Part shown: piece after piece, positions 47,791 through 62,468 of the stretch
How positions within the stretch are numbered: position 1 is the stretch's first letter
Layout of the letters: every line of letters starts with the position of its first letter
Source: the human T2T-CHM13v2.0 reference genome, Homo sapiens
Strand: one strand, 5' to 3'
NCBI RefSeq assembly: GCF_009914755.1
Contig: NC_060934.1
DNA length: 64,000 bases
Position numbers and translations under genes: made by a program
The notes under the pieces: generated by a model
The model's database searches: none
What the model was told of the DNA's origin: nothing
Seen by the model: the letters and a program-made list of their open reading frames with translations, nothing else

Positions 47791-50700
47791 AAATAATGGA
47801 ACAAGTCTTTATTGTTTACCATTTTTACTGTATTTGTCTGTTACTCCTTCCTTATCTCTTTTCACAGTTTCAGTTATCTTCAGTCAACTGCGGTCTGAAA
47901 AATATTGAATAGAAAATTCCAGAAATAAATACATTATAATTTGCACACTGTTTTGAGTGGTGTGATGAGAAATTTCACATCATCATCATCTCTCTGTACT
48001 ATATTTACTATTAGCAATGAACATTTCTAATGCTCTTCCTTCTTTTTGGTATATTCACATTTCATTTATTATTTGTCTGAAATAGTTCTTTTAGCATTTA
48101 TTGTAGTGTTGGTCTGCTAGTGATTAGTTCTTTCTGCTTTTATATCCAAAAAAGCCTTTATTTTGTATTTGTTTTAGAAAGATATTTTATAATAGCTGCC
48201 TGTGGAATTCTAAGTTGACAGTTTTTTCTTTTAGTACTCTCCTGTTTTCTAGATCGAATGTTTTCAGGGAAGATTTTGCTTTCATTCTTAATCTTTGTTT
48301 TTGGAGTGTAAGACATCCTTAAAAAGAAAAAAGAAAAGCCTGGTTTCTTGTAACATTTCCTCTTTATCATTGGTTTTTAAAGATAAGCAATTTGATAATG
48401 AACTGAGTTCATTTACTTTTCTTCATATTTATTTTTCTTGGGGTTACTTGAGGTTCTTAAACTGTGGGGGTTTTTTTTTTTTCATCAATTTTATAATTTT
48501 TCCTACTATTATTTCTTCAGTTTTGTGGGGATTTTTTGTTCGTTTGTTTTGATCCTCCCATTCTTTTTGAGTATTCTAGTAGCATGTAAATTAGGCTACT
48601 TAAGGTTGTTCTACAGCTCACTGTTTTTTTTTTAATGTACTCATTCTTTTGGTGATTTATGTTGGGTAGTTTACATGTTGTAGTCTCAAGGTTGGCTTGG
48701 TACAAAGTTTGTGGTTTTTATGGGACACTTGAATAGTACATTATTTTATTTTAATATTTTAACCAGCACATTATGTTTTCTAATGGTTGAAGGCATAGCA
48801 CTTGCCATCACCAATGCAGATGACAGAGCCTTGTAGACTAATCTGAGGCAACCATACCTTTTGTAAATAATCATAGCTGCTGTTTCTTTGGTTACTTGTT
48901 ATAGAGTCATTGTTTAATTTTGGATCTAGTTTTAAATTTTTGTTTGAAGTAAATAATTTTTGTTTCCACTTAATGCTATTGTATAGGTATATTGGTGTTG
49001 CAGCTTATCTTAGGACTAATAGTTGGCCATGAAATAAAAATGACGTGTATTCTGAATTAGCCTTTTAAAAGATTAAGTTGCCCGTAAATCACAATGTAGA
49101 ACAAAGTATGCAGTACTTCAGAGACTCTCAGTACAGCCAAATATCTAGTTTTATCTCCAGTAGAAAACAACAACAACAAAAAAAGAACTTACATTTTTCA
49201 GTAGAGCACCAAATGAAGTAGTTGGCATTTTGTGGTCCAATTTACATTAAAAATAAGTATTATTATATACAAGAATTACACTCAGAGCAGTGAGATGTTC
49301 ATACTATGATAGACATTTAGAATACAAAAGTGAGGAAACAAGATTTTGTGAATTTAGTCTTGGGCTTACTCATAGTGTGTCTTTCAGCCATCTCCCACCT
49401 CCCTCTGGTCTCCTTTTACCTGTCTTCGATTTTGAGTTGATCATTGTATGTTTATAATGGAATTCCCTAGTGCCATATTGTCCCAACAGCACATTATGGA
49501 ACAAGTACTTTTAAAATCATTTTTAAACCTGGAATTAAAATAGATGTTTCTCTTTGAATGAACCCTGCATTGCCTTAGTTAGTGTCATTATGTGTAATTT
49601 AAAAATTGTTAACATCTAAAGCTAAAATTCATTTTTTTCACATTAAGTCTGATTATGTTCTGAAACGTAGGTTTGGACATTTAAAAAATGTTCAGTTACA
49701 GTTTTAATATGATTTTTTGTCACTGAAGTTTGATTGTTTTATTCATTGCTCTCTTTGTAATACTGTTTCTTCCAAATGTCATGTTTTCATGGGTTTTTAT
49801 GGACAGATTTATACTTGAGGGTTTGATCAAGGGTGTTCTGTTAAATAAGTGGGAAAAATGACCATCTCTAATGTAGATTGTCATGTGGAAGTGAATAGCG
49901 TATTTCCATTTGTAGTACTCTACCCAATTTTCTCTCCATTCTTTATTTGATACATGAGCAAAAATACATGAGTGAAGAACACCACTGTGTTTTCTTAGAT
50001 GACTTTTAAACTTCACTAGGTCATGCAAGGATCAGATGTGAGAGGAATGGAGAACCTCAGGATCAACTCAAGTAATTGGAAAAAGTATTTGAAAAATGAG
50101 GTGGGGTGGTTTCCAAATTGACCTGCCCAGCATGGAAAAGGTTCATATTTCTAAAGTAAGCCATGAAGTTTCATCAGCTTAAATGTAATTGGTTTGTAAA
50201 ATGGGATTTTTTTTTTCCTTTTAAACTTACTTTGAAACGTTTGTTCTTGTTTGTGGATTGTAGTTTGTTAGAATAGTGGAGTACTTTGTTTTTATGAAAT
50301 ATTTCTTCTATTTAATGATGAATATCTGTTATTGGCACTGAGATGATGGGGGCTGGGGATGGCAACAGGGTGACAGAAAAGCAGCAAGATTTGGTTTTCC
50401 AAACACTTAATTTCTTCTCTTATTCCTCTTTTTGAAATTGTTTTTGCTAAAAATGCCAGCCATTTTGAAACTTTATTTTATTGTCATGTTCTCGTTTTTC
50501 ATATTCATCTGATTGTTTGTGTTGAGTGGTGGCTGTATGTGGGAAAATTCACTTTTGCATATTTTCAGATTTTTTTCATTTTTATAGCAGAGATTTTAGA
50601 TAGATACAATAAAAAAGTATTAACTTATCCAACAAAAATTTAGTGCCGATTATGTAGCAAGCACTTAGTGAACTTTATGCTGTGCATGCCTCAGATACTT

Positions 50701-51551
50701 TAGTGAACTTAATGGCAACATCAAAATCTTTGCCCTTATGGACTTTATAAACCTTTGATTTCAAAACATGGTGATTAATGTGCATCTGGTATAATACACT
50801 TTCATGTAGTCATTTTATTCACCATTATTTGGGTATACCTTGTATTAAAAATGACTGCTAAAACTGGAAACTATACAAGTCTTCATCTTTTTACCTTAAC
50901 AAATGCAGATCAAGGGAATGATTGAGAACCATTTTTAGGGATAGTTATAAAATCTTACCTTTGCGATATATAACTTTTTCCTCAACATAACAATTGGAAA
51001 AATGATTTCTGTTTCAAATCTTTCTGTTTTTTTTTGCAAAGGGGCCCTCACCTGGTTTCCTTCAAAAGTTTTGCTCTGTCCTCCGCTAGCCTTATAAACT
51101 CATGGATATGGTCCTCTAATGGATTTGTAGCACCTTAGTTCCCTTATTGTCACCTTCCTGTGTTGAATACTAAAGCTTATTTTAATTTCATGTCTAGGAA
51201 GTGTAGACATTGTTAAAAAAAAATGATGTTGCTTGACAAATGAGTATCTTCAGTATTACTGTGTCACTTCATAAATATAACTAATACATACTTTTACTAG
51301 TTGTTGCAATTTGATCCTGAAACAGCCATCTTTAAATTATGTAGGCTTTTTCTTTTCTTTTCTTTTTTTAAAAGTAATTATAATAGACTTAAATTGTTTT
51401 TGGATGATTTTCTTAGGTGAACTGACTTATTTTTAGAACAGAAACTTTGTGTTTATTCTGCAAGTTCTTCTTATTAATGTGGCACCCATTGTTTTCTGTA
51501 ACTAAAATGTAATCAACTCTTTTTCCTTCCCTTTTTGAATCAAAATGTTAG

Positions 51552-51807
51552 ACTTATACAAGCACTAGCAACAACTCTATATCTGGATCATTGAAGCGCT
51601 TGGAAGATACTACTGCACGATTTACAAATGCAAATTTCCAGGAAGTCTCTGCACACACCTCTAGTGGAAAAGATGTTTCAGAGACTAGAGGGTCAGAGGG
51701 CAAAGGGAAGAAATCTTCAGCTCACAGCTCAGGTCAAAGGGGAAGAAAGCCTGGTGGTGGAAGAAATCCAGGAACAACTGTGTCAGCAGCTAGCCCTTTT
51801 CCTCAAG
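51552..51807 (+). CDS. MLLT10: MLLT10 coding exon (about exon 10), 256 nt, phase 0-1, TYTSTSNNSISGSLKRLEDTTARF...AASPFPQ(G)
   Basis: atgttag|ACTTAT acceptor, CCTCAAG|gtatta donor; overlaps ORF 51591..51872; peptide matches AF10. Confidence 0.96.
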
Positions 51808-52134
51808 GTATTAGTGATGTTTTAGTTAAAATACTTGTGTTTAAGATGGTTAATAATAGTTATGCTTTGTAAAATAATTGGTTTGTTTTTGAACTTATAA
51901 CTAATGGATGTTCTAGATTATTATATGATTAGTTGCTTTAGTAAGATTACTTTAAAGATAGTGTTTCCTATTAAATTTTTTTAATAGGGACTTTTTCTTT
52001 CCTTTTATAATATGATTTGTGCTTCCAGAGTTGAATTGTAATTTTAATGTTTAACTAGATATGGAATAATGCTTAAAATTGGGGAGAAAAATAATAAAAG
52101 CTGGAGCTTTGCTTTGAGTTCTGTAGAACAGTCC

Positions 52135-53711
<1,577 letters not shown>

Positions 53712-54455
53712 TAAGTTTCTTATATCTTAGAATGGTATGGTGGGGTACTCATGTTCTTTAAAGAAAGAATAAGCAGTGATGGCTGATTTCTTTATGAAGT
53801 TCCATGAAAATTGGATTGGGAGAATGTGAGATATAGATTAGATTCCATATGATCATTATTTTGTCAAATCCATTTTCTATTATGGTAGATTCAGCTGAAC
53901 AATAACAATCACTAGTATGTCTTAAAGTTAAAACTTAGAACTCATAACCTAGGAAACTTCTTAAGTTCTTATTGTATATTGGGAACATTTTCAATCATAC
54001 CTTCAATATTCAAAAAAGAAGTTCCCCTAGACATTTAGAGTCAGATTATAGTCTTGTTAGGTCTTCTTGCATGACTGTGGAAAGGAGACTACTGTTCTGT
54101 AGTCCTTCCTCAGGCATACATGAGGTGTTTGGGGGAGAATTGCGGAATGTTGCTGTGGCAAAAGGTAGGTGAAATAAAGCGCATCTTATATCTTAATAAT
54201 TATTTAAGTAATAGCTTGCAATTCCACAGTAAACATTTAATACCATCTATAAAATGACACATGTTTTTAAAGGTAATTTTGGGGATAAATTTGACAAGTC
54301 TTAATATACGAATGTCCTAAGTGTTGTAGTTAATTTTTTTAAACTCTTCTCTTTAATGATTATATCATGTCTGCTGCTTATGGGAACTTTAGCATCCAAT
54401 TTTTCTGTCCCCCCCACCCCCCAACTTTTTTTTTTTTTTTTTTTTTAAACTACAG

Positions 54456-55025
54456 GCAGTTTTTCAGGAACTCCAGGCAGTGTAAAGTCATCTTCTGGAA
54501 GTTCAGTGCAGTCTCCCCAGGATTTCCTGAGCTTTACAGACTCAGATCTGCGTAATGACAGTTACTCTCACTCCCAACAGTCATCAGCAACCAAAGATGT
54601 ACATAAAGGAGAGTCTGGAAGCCAGGAAGGGGGGGTAAATAGTTTTAGTACCTTAATTGGCCTCCCTTCAACCTCAGCTGTTACTTCACAGCCTAAAAGC
54701 TTTGAAAATTCACCTGGAGATTTGGGTAATTCCAGCCTTCCTACAGCAGGATATAAGCGGGCTCAAACTTCTGGCATAGAAGAAGAAACTGTAAAGGAAA
54801 AGAAAAGGAAAGGAAATAAACAAAGTAAGCATGGGCCTGGCAGACCCAAAGGAAACAAAAATCAAGAGAATGTTTCTCATCTCTCAGTTTCTTCTGCTTC
54901 ACCAACATCATCTGTAGCATCAGCTGCAGGAAGCATAACAAGCTCTAGTCTGCAGAAATCTCCTACATTGCTCAGGAATGGAAGTTTACAGAGCCTCAGT
55001 GTTGGCTCATCTCCAGTTGGTTCAG
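54456..55025 (+). CDS. MLLT10: MLLT10 coding exon (about exon 11), 570 nt, phase 1-1; Ser-rich region with basic NLS-like KEKKRKGNK and AT-hook GPGRPKGNK
   Basis: T21-aaactacag|GCAGT acceptor, TTCAG|gtaggg donor; ORF 54506..55114 covers it and runs into the intron. Confidence 0.96.
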
Positions 55026-56345
55026 GTAGGGGTTTGCCTATTATTATTTTTCTCCTTCACTCCCACCACCTCCCTTCTTCTGTCCCAAAACGTTTTCAAC
55101 TGTTGTTACGATAATACTTGAAATTAATAAATGACATTTAATTAAAGTGAAATTTCTCAGTTTTTAAATTTTCTAATGGAAAATACAAAAATATCTTAAA
55201 GTCTTAGATGATTTGGTGTTTGGGAAAGATGTTCGGCACTAATTTGATTTTACTTAATTAAATGTAGGCTAAACAATCTATTGGTCATTCATTACTTACA
55301 AAACACTTAGAATTTATTTCCTATTTTTGTTTCACCTGCACAGTATTTTTTTTTTAATGCAGAATTTATATTTAGGGTGTGAGAGTTTTTACCCTTTGGT
55401 TTTTGTTTTGTTTTGAGCTCCCTTTCTCTAAACTTCAATTTTAGTAATCATTTTCTAAACGACTCCTCACACAGATACTACTTGAATTACCCTATCCTGA
55501 GACATTTTTATATCAGTGATAAATGATTTTAATTTATGGAATCCAGCAGTCACATTTTATTTCAGGAGATATCTGAAATGATTTAATTGTGTTTTCAAAT
55601 ATACTTCATGATTTTACCATTCTTTTTATTATAAGACAAGTGAGTTGATATACATTGTTATTCACACTATTGGGATGTTTCTGTAACTTGCAATTTGTAT
55701 TATGAATGTTATTTTCAGTTTTTAAAAATTTCTTCAAAATGCAATGCATGTTTTTAGACAGACCCTTAACAGTTGATGTTAACTGAAATGTCAGCATTTA
55801 TCTTTTAAATTTCATCTTGAATTTAAGATAAATGGTTTTCAATAAATGTTGAAACCTTTCTTCTAGTTTTAGATTTCTGATTGTTGAAATAACAAGAATT
55901 TAGGTAAGATAAATTATTATGGATTGTATTTGTTCTATTAGTTGGTGGCAAGGGTAGGTAGGAAATGGTATGGAAAAATGATACAATTTAATGAAGAATG
56001 TTCATGTTTATTTTATAAATACAAAATTTTAGATTGTTTTAATAGTTGTGAATACACAGTAGTAACTTCAATAAACAAACATAAGAAAGACCAGTCCAAG
56101 AGAGAGAATATCATATGTAAAGGTCAGATGTGAGAAATAGTAACAATAACTGTGATTTGTTATGTGCCAGTTCTGTTAATATTTATTTTCTCATTTAACA
56201 ACAGTTATGAGATGTCCTCATTTTACAGCTGGTAACACTGAGGCTTTGAAAGGTGAAATAAGATACCCAAGATCACATAGCCAGGAGTTTCTTTGTATTC
56301 AGAAATGAGTGGAATCTCTAGATGCATTAAGGATGGTTCTAGAGC

Positions 56346-56568
56346 AGGATTTATCAATCTTAGCGTTATTGACAATTTGGATGGGACAAGTCTTCATGTG
56401 TTACCCTGTGTATTGCAGGATATTTACCAGAATCCCCAGTCCCTGCCCCCTACAGGCCAAGAGCATCATCACACTCTCCCTTCCTACAGTGGGAATAAAA
56501 AATGTCTCCAAACATTGTTTAATGTGTTAAATGTGTCCAGAGGACTAAAACTACCTCTGGTTGAGGCT
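56346..56568. mobile_element. MER20-like hAT MITE
   Basis: tattgacaatttgg..tgcaggatatttaccagaatccc..aaaatgtctccaaacattg..ctggttgag. Confidence 0.7.
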
Positions 56569-57239
56569 CACTATTTTAGAGGGGGAAAATACATGTAAAT
56601 TGTAGTGAGAAAGAAGTTCATAGAAAAGGTTTAAATACATTGCATATTTGAATGTATGCTTTTATTTATATGTTTCCTTTGAAACTAGAAGGGCTTAGCA
56701 GTAAGCCCCCTTGTCACAAAAAGTACCTTTAGACAAATTTAGTCAAAAAATTGAATTTCTCTTCATTTTTAGCAAGAGGCGTAGTAATCAATCACATGAG
56801 TACCTTACTGAGAAAATAAAGCCTAGATTTGCTTTTGTGGGGAGACCTCTTTACTGATTTTCTGTAGTTTTGAAGCATAGTCTGGGAATTCCTGAATTTC
56901 AGAAATTACATTGGAATGCTTATTTGAAACACATCTTCAAATTAATAAAATTAAGATATTGATTTACATCCCTGAAAATATTTTCCTATCTGTTACAGAT
57001 TTGGGGAGATGTTAGGTGTGAGGAATAGTGTTCCTCATAGGATGGTTGCTTTCAGAGGGCAGTGTTTGTGGTACTCCTGTGGCAGAAAAAAAGAATTCGT
57101 TTCTCTTACCTTACCATTAGGTAAACATAGTAATTTAGGGGGAAATTCTTGTAAGTATTAGTTCACAAAAATAAATGACCTAAGAAATTTATCTGCCAAT
57201 AAATTTTTAAAACGTTGTGTTTAAAAATTACTCTGGGGC

Positions 57240-57874
<635 letters not shown>

Positions 57875-58471
57875 TTAAAGCTATAATCATGGAATAAGAT
57901 TATTGAAAACTCTTTGAGATATATTCTTTAGTTTTATGTATGTTAATAAACATTTTAGGACTTAGTGCAGAACATTTATTGACAATAGTAAAAAGCGTAT
58001 CCTTATCTAGAAGAGGCTTGGCTTCATGTGCTGCTTTAATCATAGTAAGTTAAGAATTGCTAACTGCTGATGAACACTTAGTATGTGCCACACACTGTGT
58101 TAAGCAGTTAATAAGCATTAAGTGTTATTACTCATTATATAGGACAAGAAACTGAGACAGAATTCTCTTAGGTTTTAAGTGATGGAGATATGCATTTTCC
58201 CTGGGTCCAGAGCCATTTAATTAGACAGCTCAACAGATGTTTGCTGATGAGGGTCTAACACCACACTAGTGTAATGTCAGTCATACTTTAAGCAAAGAGA
58301 TCCCTGAACAAATTTGAACCAATAATTTAACTTTCAGCAATAGTGTTTCTTATTGGTATGAAAAGTTAATTTTTCCTTTGGACTAATTTGAAATTGAGAA
58401 ATCATTTAGTAATTGTGACAACAAGAAGCTTCCCCCCATATAATAAATAAGTAGGAAGGAGAAAATGTATA

Positions 58472-58814
58472 CAGTCATCCTTTGGCATCCATGGGGACTT
58501 GGTTCCAGGACCTCCTGCAAATAAATACCCAAGTCCAAGATGCTCAAGTTCCTGTTATAAAACGTCATAGTATTTTCATATAACCTATGCACATCTTCCT
58601 GTGTACTTAAATCATTCTTTTCTAGATTTCTTATAATACCTAGTATCATGTAAATGCTATGCAAATAGTTGTTATACTATATTGCTTAGGGAATCATGAC
58701 AGGAAAAAAAGTCTGTACACATTCAGTACAGACTCAATTTTTTCCTCCAAATATTTTCTATACAAGGGTGTTGAATCCCCAGATGTGGAATCCCACAGAC
58801 ACAGAAGACAACTG
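58472..58814. mobile_element. MER2 (Tigger family)
   Basis: ta|cagtcatcc...gacaactg|ta: TIRs and TA TSD; ggttccaggacc and ctcaagttcc..taaaa motifs. Confidence 0.8.
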
Positions 58815-59187
58815 TATTATGTATTACATCATCACAAGTTGTTTTTCATGATGCTGTTTTTAAAAGATTGACTTTCTTGAATGACAGGTCGATAATTTAG
58901 TAATGTCGAAGATGACCTTTGTAAGCACCTGTTGTTTAAACTATAACATTCACTATAATACTAACTCCTGAGGCTAGGGGCTGTTTCTGACATACACCAC
59001 TGTATCCCCACTGCCAGCACAGTGCTTTGGACATAGTAAACGTTAAACATTATTTTAAGAAATGAATGAATACCATTAGTTGTCTCGTGAGTGTATGTCA
59101 TGTGGTTAGAAGTATGCTGTATGATTTTGTACTTCCCCTCTGAGTGTTTATAGCTAAGCTGTAAGACATATTACTTTATTTGTAAAG

Positions 59188-59493
59188 CTTTTCTTTTCTT
59201 TTCTTTTCTTTTTTGAGCTGGAGTCTTGCTCTATTGACCAGGCTAGAGTGTAGTGGCCTGATCTCAGCTCACTGCCACCTCTGCCTCCCGAGTTAAAGCA
59301 GTTCCCCTGCCTCAGCCTCCCTAGTAGCTGGGACTACAGGTGCGCGCCACCACACTCAGCTAATTTTTGTATTTTTAATAGAGACAGGGTTTCACCATGT
59401 TGGCCAGGACAGTCTCCATCTCTTGACCTCATGATCCACCTGCCTCAGCCTCGCAAAATGCTGGGATTACAGGTGTGAGCCACTGGGCCCAGC
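59188..59493 (-). mobile_element. AluS(c)-like
   Basis: Alu consensus; TSD taaagcttttc. Confidence 0.9.
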
Positions 59494-60578
59494 TATTTTT
59501 AAAGCTTTTCATGTAGTATTTATTTTGCCAGTTTATGATGAAAAGTATTATTAAGTTGGAAAAGATCATGGAGAGGTTGAATTGTACTTTGAAGTAGGCA
59601 GAAGACGAAGGCCAATATTACCTGAAAAGAAAGTAAAGGTCTGTTTGAGGGAAAAGCCTAATAAGAACAGGAAGCTTGTATTTGTGGCACTGTGAAGGTG
59701 ATGTTTATAGGGTAGGATGGGTTCATTGAGAGATTAATGCCAGACTGAAGAAATCAAACTGATAGGCTAATGATCTTTTTCTTAAAATAACTATTCTGGC
59801 TAGTTACCATTATGAAAGAATTTCATTAATGGAAAAGAAAAAAAATGCTATCTCATTCAGCTTGGCAATGCTAATATAATCTCTTATTTGAGTACGTTTA
59901 AGTTTCTTAGGAACTCTTTAGTTACTCTCTCATTTGATCCTTGGAACAGCCTTGTGAAATAGGACAGCTCCTCTTGATGTTGTTATTTCTCCTTTACAAC
60001 TAGGATGTAAAGCAGGAGTAGAGTCAGGTTCTAATGTGATTCCCTCTTGAAATTATTGGCTAAAAGCATCAGTTTTAATAGTAATCAAAATTCTCTCATG
60101 ACATGTTCAAATTGTAGCAGAGTACATTTTTTCTGGGAACTGTAGATCAAATTAGAGTAGAAGCCTAGAAAACACCTATAAAATGTTTGATTCAGAGTTC
60201 AGATTCTAAAATTTGTATTATGGATTGAAGTGTGTCCTGATAAATGGCCTGTTTTATAGTGACTTGTACAAAATGGAAAATTAGTGTGTTTCTAAAAGTG
60301 ATTTCTAAGAGTTTTAAGTTTGGGGCTTATAGGTTTTGTTGGTTTTTTGACTGAACTCTTTCCTACGTACATTTTTTTGGGTTCTGAACAGTTAGGCACG
60401 AGGTCTTTTGAAACATCAAAAACAGTTTTGGAAGAGTTGACAATCTGTCCTTTCCTCTTCGCTATTTATCTTCACCACATTACAAAAATTTGATTTACTA
60501 AAGTGAAAGTTGAGAACATCTTTTTCTTCACTAAAACCATCTTGTTATTTTCTCTGAGAAAAGTCTGATATTCATTAA

Positions 60579-60703
60579 CCCATTTATGCTGGAGGTTGCG
60601 CTTTTTTGTGTGTGAAAAATCAGACCTTGGTGATGACCTTGAGCAGTAGGATATAAATAACTCCCACAAGCTTAGGTTCCAGTAATGGAACACGAGGCAT
60701 AAA
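60579..60703 (-). mobile_element. MER85 (piggyBac/PGBD3-derived MITE)
   Basis: TTAA (60575-60578) followed by the CCCATTTATGC terminal repeat; internal gagcagtaggatataaataactcccaca and palindrome gttccagtaatggaac; the other TIR ends at ggcataaa and lacks its terminal tggg/TTAA. Confidence 0.85.
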
Positions 60704-60777
60704 GAACTCAAATTGCAAGGGGTTGATGGTTTAGCATTCACTTCCTTTCTTGGGGCATACTGTGTCCTTTCAAAGTA

Positions 60778-60970
60778 CAGGTTGAGTAACCTTTATTAAA
60801 AATTCTTGAGACCATAGTATTTGGAATTTCAGATTTTTGGGAGATTTTGGAATACTTGCATTATATATACTTACCAGGTGAGCATCACTAATCTGAAAAT
60901 CTGAAATCCAAAATGCACCAATGAGCATGAGAGTCATGGGCGCACTCAAAAAGTTTTGGATTTTGGGGCT
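60778..60970. mobile_element. Tigger4/MER46-like fragment
   Basis: ta|caggttgagta..ctgaaaatctgaaatccaaaatgc. Confidence 0.7.
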
Positions 60971-61289
60971 ATGTTTTTGGTTAAATAATATCCAAGGAAT
61001 TCCCAGTTATCCCTCCTTTAAAAAAATTTTTGCCAACAGTGTTAGCCATAAGGGAATATCAGTTGTTTCCAGGATTAGCAAACCCAGGTCCTTTGAGTCA
61101 CAGCCTTGGTCCTAGTTTTATCAATTATTTTTCCCTCAGAAAGCCATATAGAAATTAATTTCTCATATTCTGAGCAGATTTTGCTTTTATTAGTGTTTTA
61201 TTCCTTGTTCTCTGCACCCTCTGCTTGTTCTTCTCGTTTGGGTGGAATAAAAGAGTAAGGGTAATAATGTCTTATTCATTTGTTATCTT

Positions 61290-62061
61290 TCTCTTTTCTT
61301 TTTTTCTTTTCTTTTTTTTTGAGACCAAGTCTTGCTCTGTCGCCCAGGCTGTAGTGCGATGGTGCAATCTCGGCTCACTGAAACCACTGTTTGTTCAAGC
61401 GATTCTTGTGCCTCAGCCTCCCAAGTAGCTCGGATTACAGGCACGTGCCACCATGCCCGGCTAATTTTTGTATTTTTAGTAGAGACGGGGTTTCGCCTTA
61501 TTGGGCAGGCTGGTCTCAAACTCCTGACCTCAAGTGCCCGCCTTGGCCTCTCAAAGTGCTGGGATTACAGGCATGAGCCACCACACCCAGCCATCTTTCT
61601 CAAAAATGAATGGTTCAAGATAGTGAGCTGAATATAACTTAATGAGTTTTATGCTGCTATATAAGTCATAATATATTTATGGTCATATATCAACTAAATT
61701 ATCATACTTAAATTGTGATTTCCATGTGAAAATAGTATTCAAATGTTTTTGGTAAGCTCTTCCCATCTAATGAATGACCTAGACCTAGCGTGGTGGCTCA
61801 CGTCGGTAATCCCAGCACTTTGGGAGGTCAAGGCAGGCAGATCACTTGAGGTCAGGAGTTCCAGACCAACCTGGCCAACATGGTGAAACCCTGTCTCTAC
61901 TAAAGATACAAAAATTAGCCAGGCATGGTGGCATGCACCTGTAGTCCCAGCTATTTGGGAGGCTGAGGTGGGAGGATCACTTGAACCCAGTGAGCCGAGC
62001 TTGCGCCACTGCACTCCATCCTGGGCAACAGAGTGAGACTTTGTCTCAAAAAAAAAAAAAA
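61290..62061. mobile_element. Inverted Alu pair: (-) 61290-61592 and (+) 61781-62061
   Basis: Alu consensus matches in opposite orientations. Confidence 0.9.
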
Positions 62062-62423
62062 GATCTAAAGCACATTAATGTATCATGTTGCGAATCATAC
62101 TTTCTCCCATTAATGAAGCCTTTTATTCTCAGACACTTGTTATACAGATTCATTTGTAAGCCCTTATGTCTTTTCCTCACTCTTTGTAATAACACAGATA
62201 CATTCCACACACTCCCATTAAGATTTGTGAGAATTCTATCCTGTTTGGTTCTCCCCCTCATGTCCCAATTATTAGCTTATAATTTTTGTTTTTGAAGTTC
62301 TAGGTGGCCTACTTAACTACACTTTTAGGTGAATTTCCCTCCATTTTTCTGGCCTATCTCTTTTTTTACCCTTGAGTCACTGGCAATTTCTTCACTGATT
62401 TCCTTTTTCCTTCCTCTCAACAG

Positions 62424-62468
62424 AAATTTCCATGCAGTATCGGCATGATGGAGCTTGCCCAACAACTA
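62424..62468 (+). CDS. MLLT10: MLLT10 small coding exon (about exon 12), 45 nt, phase 1-1, (E)ISMQYRHDGACPTT
   Basis: Long pyrimidine tract ...ctcaacag|AAATTT and AACTA|gtaagt; frame continuous with the previous exon. Confidence 0.92.

Noticed and set aside
54506-55114. Stand-alone 202-aa gene (likewise ORFs 51591..51872 and 62432..62677)
   Set aside because: These are MLLT10 exons read through into introns; splice sites define the real limits.
60600-60703. C/D-box snoRNA (U13-like; contains TGATGA)
   Set aside because: It lies within a TTAA/TIR-bounded MER85, which explains the sequence better.
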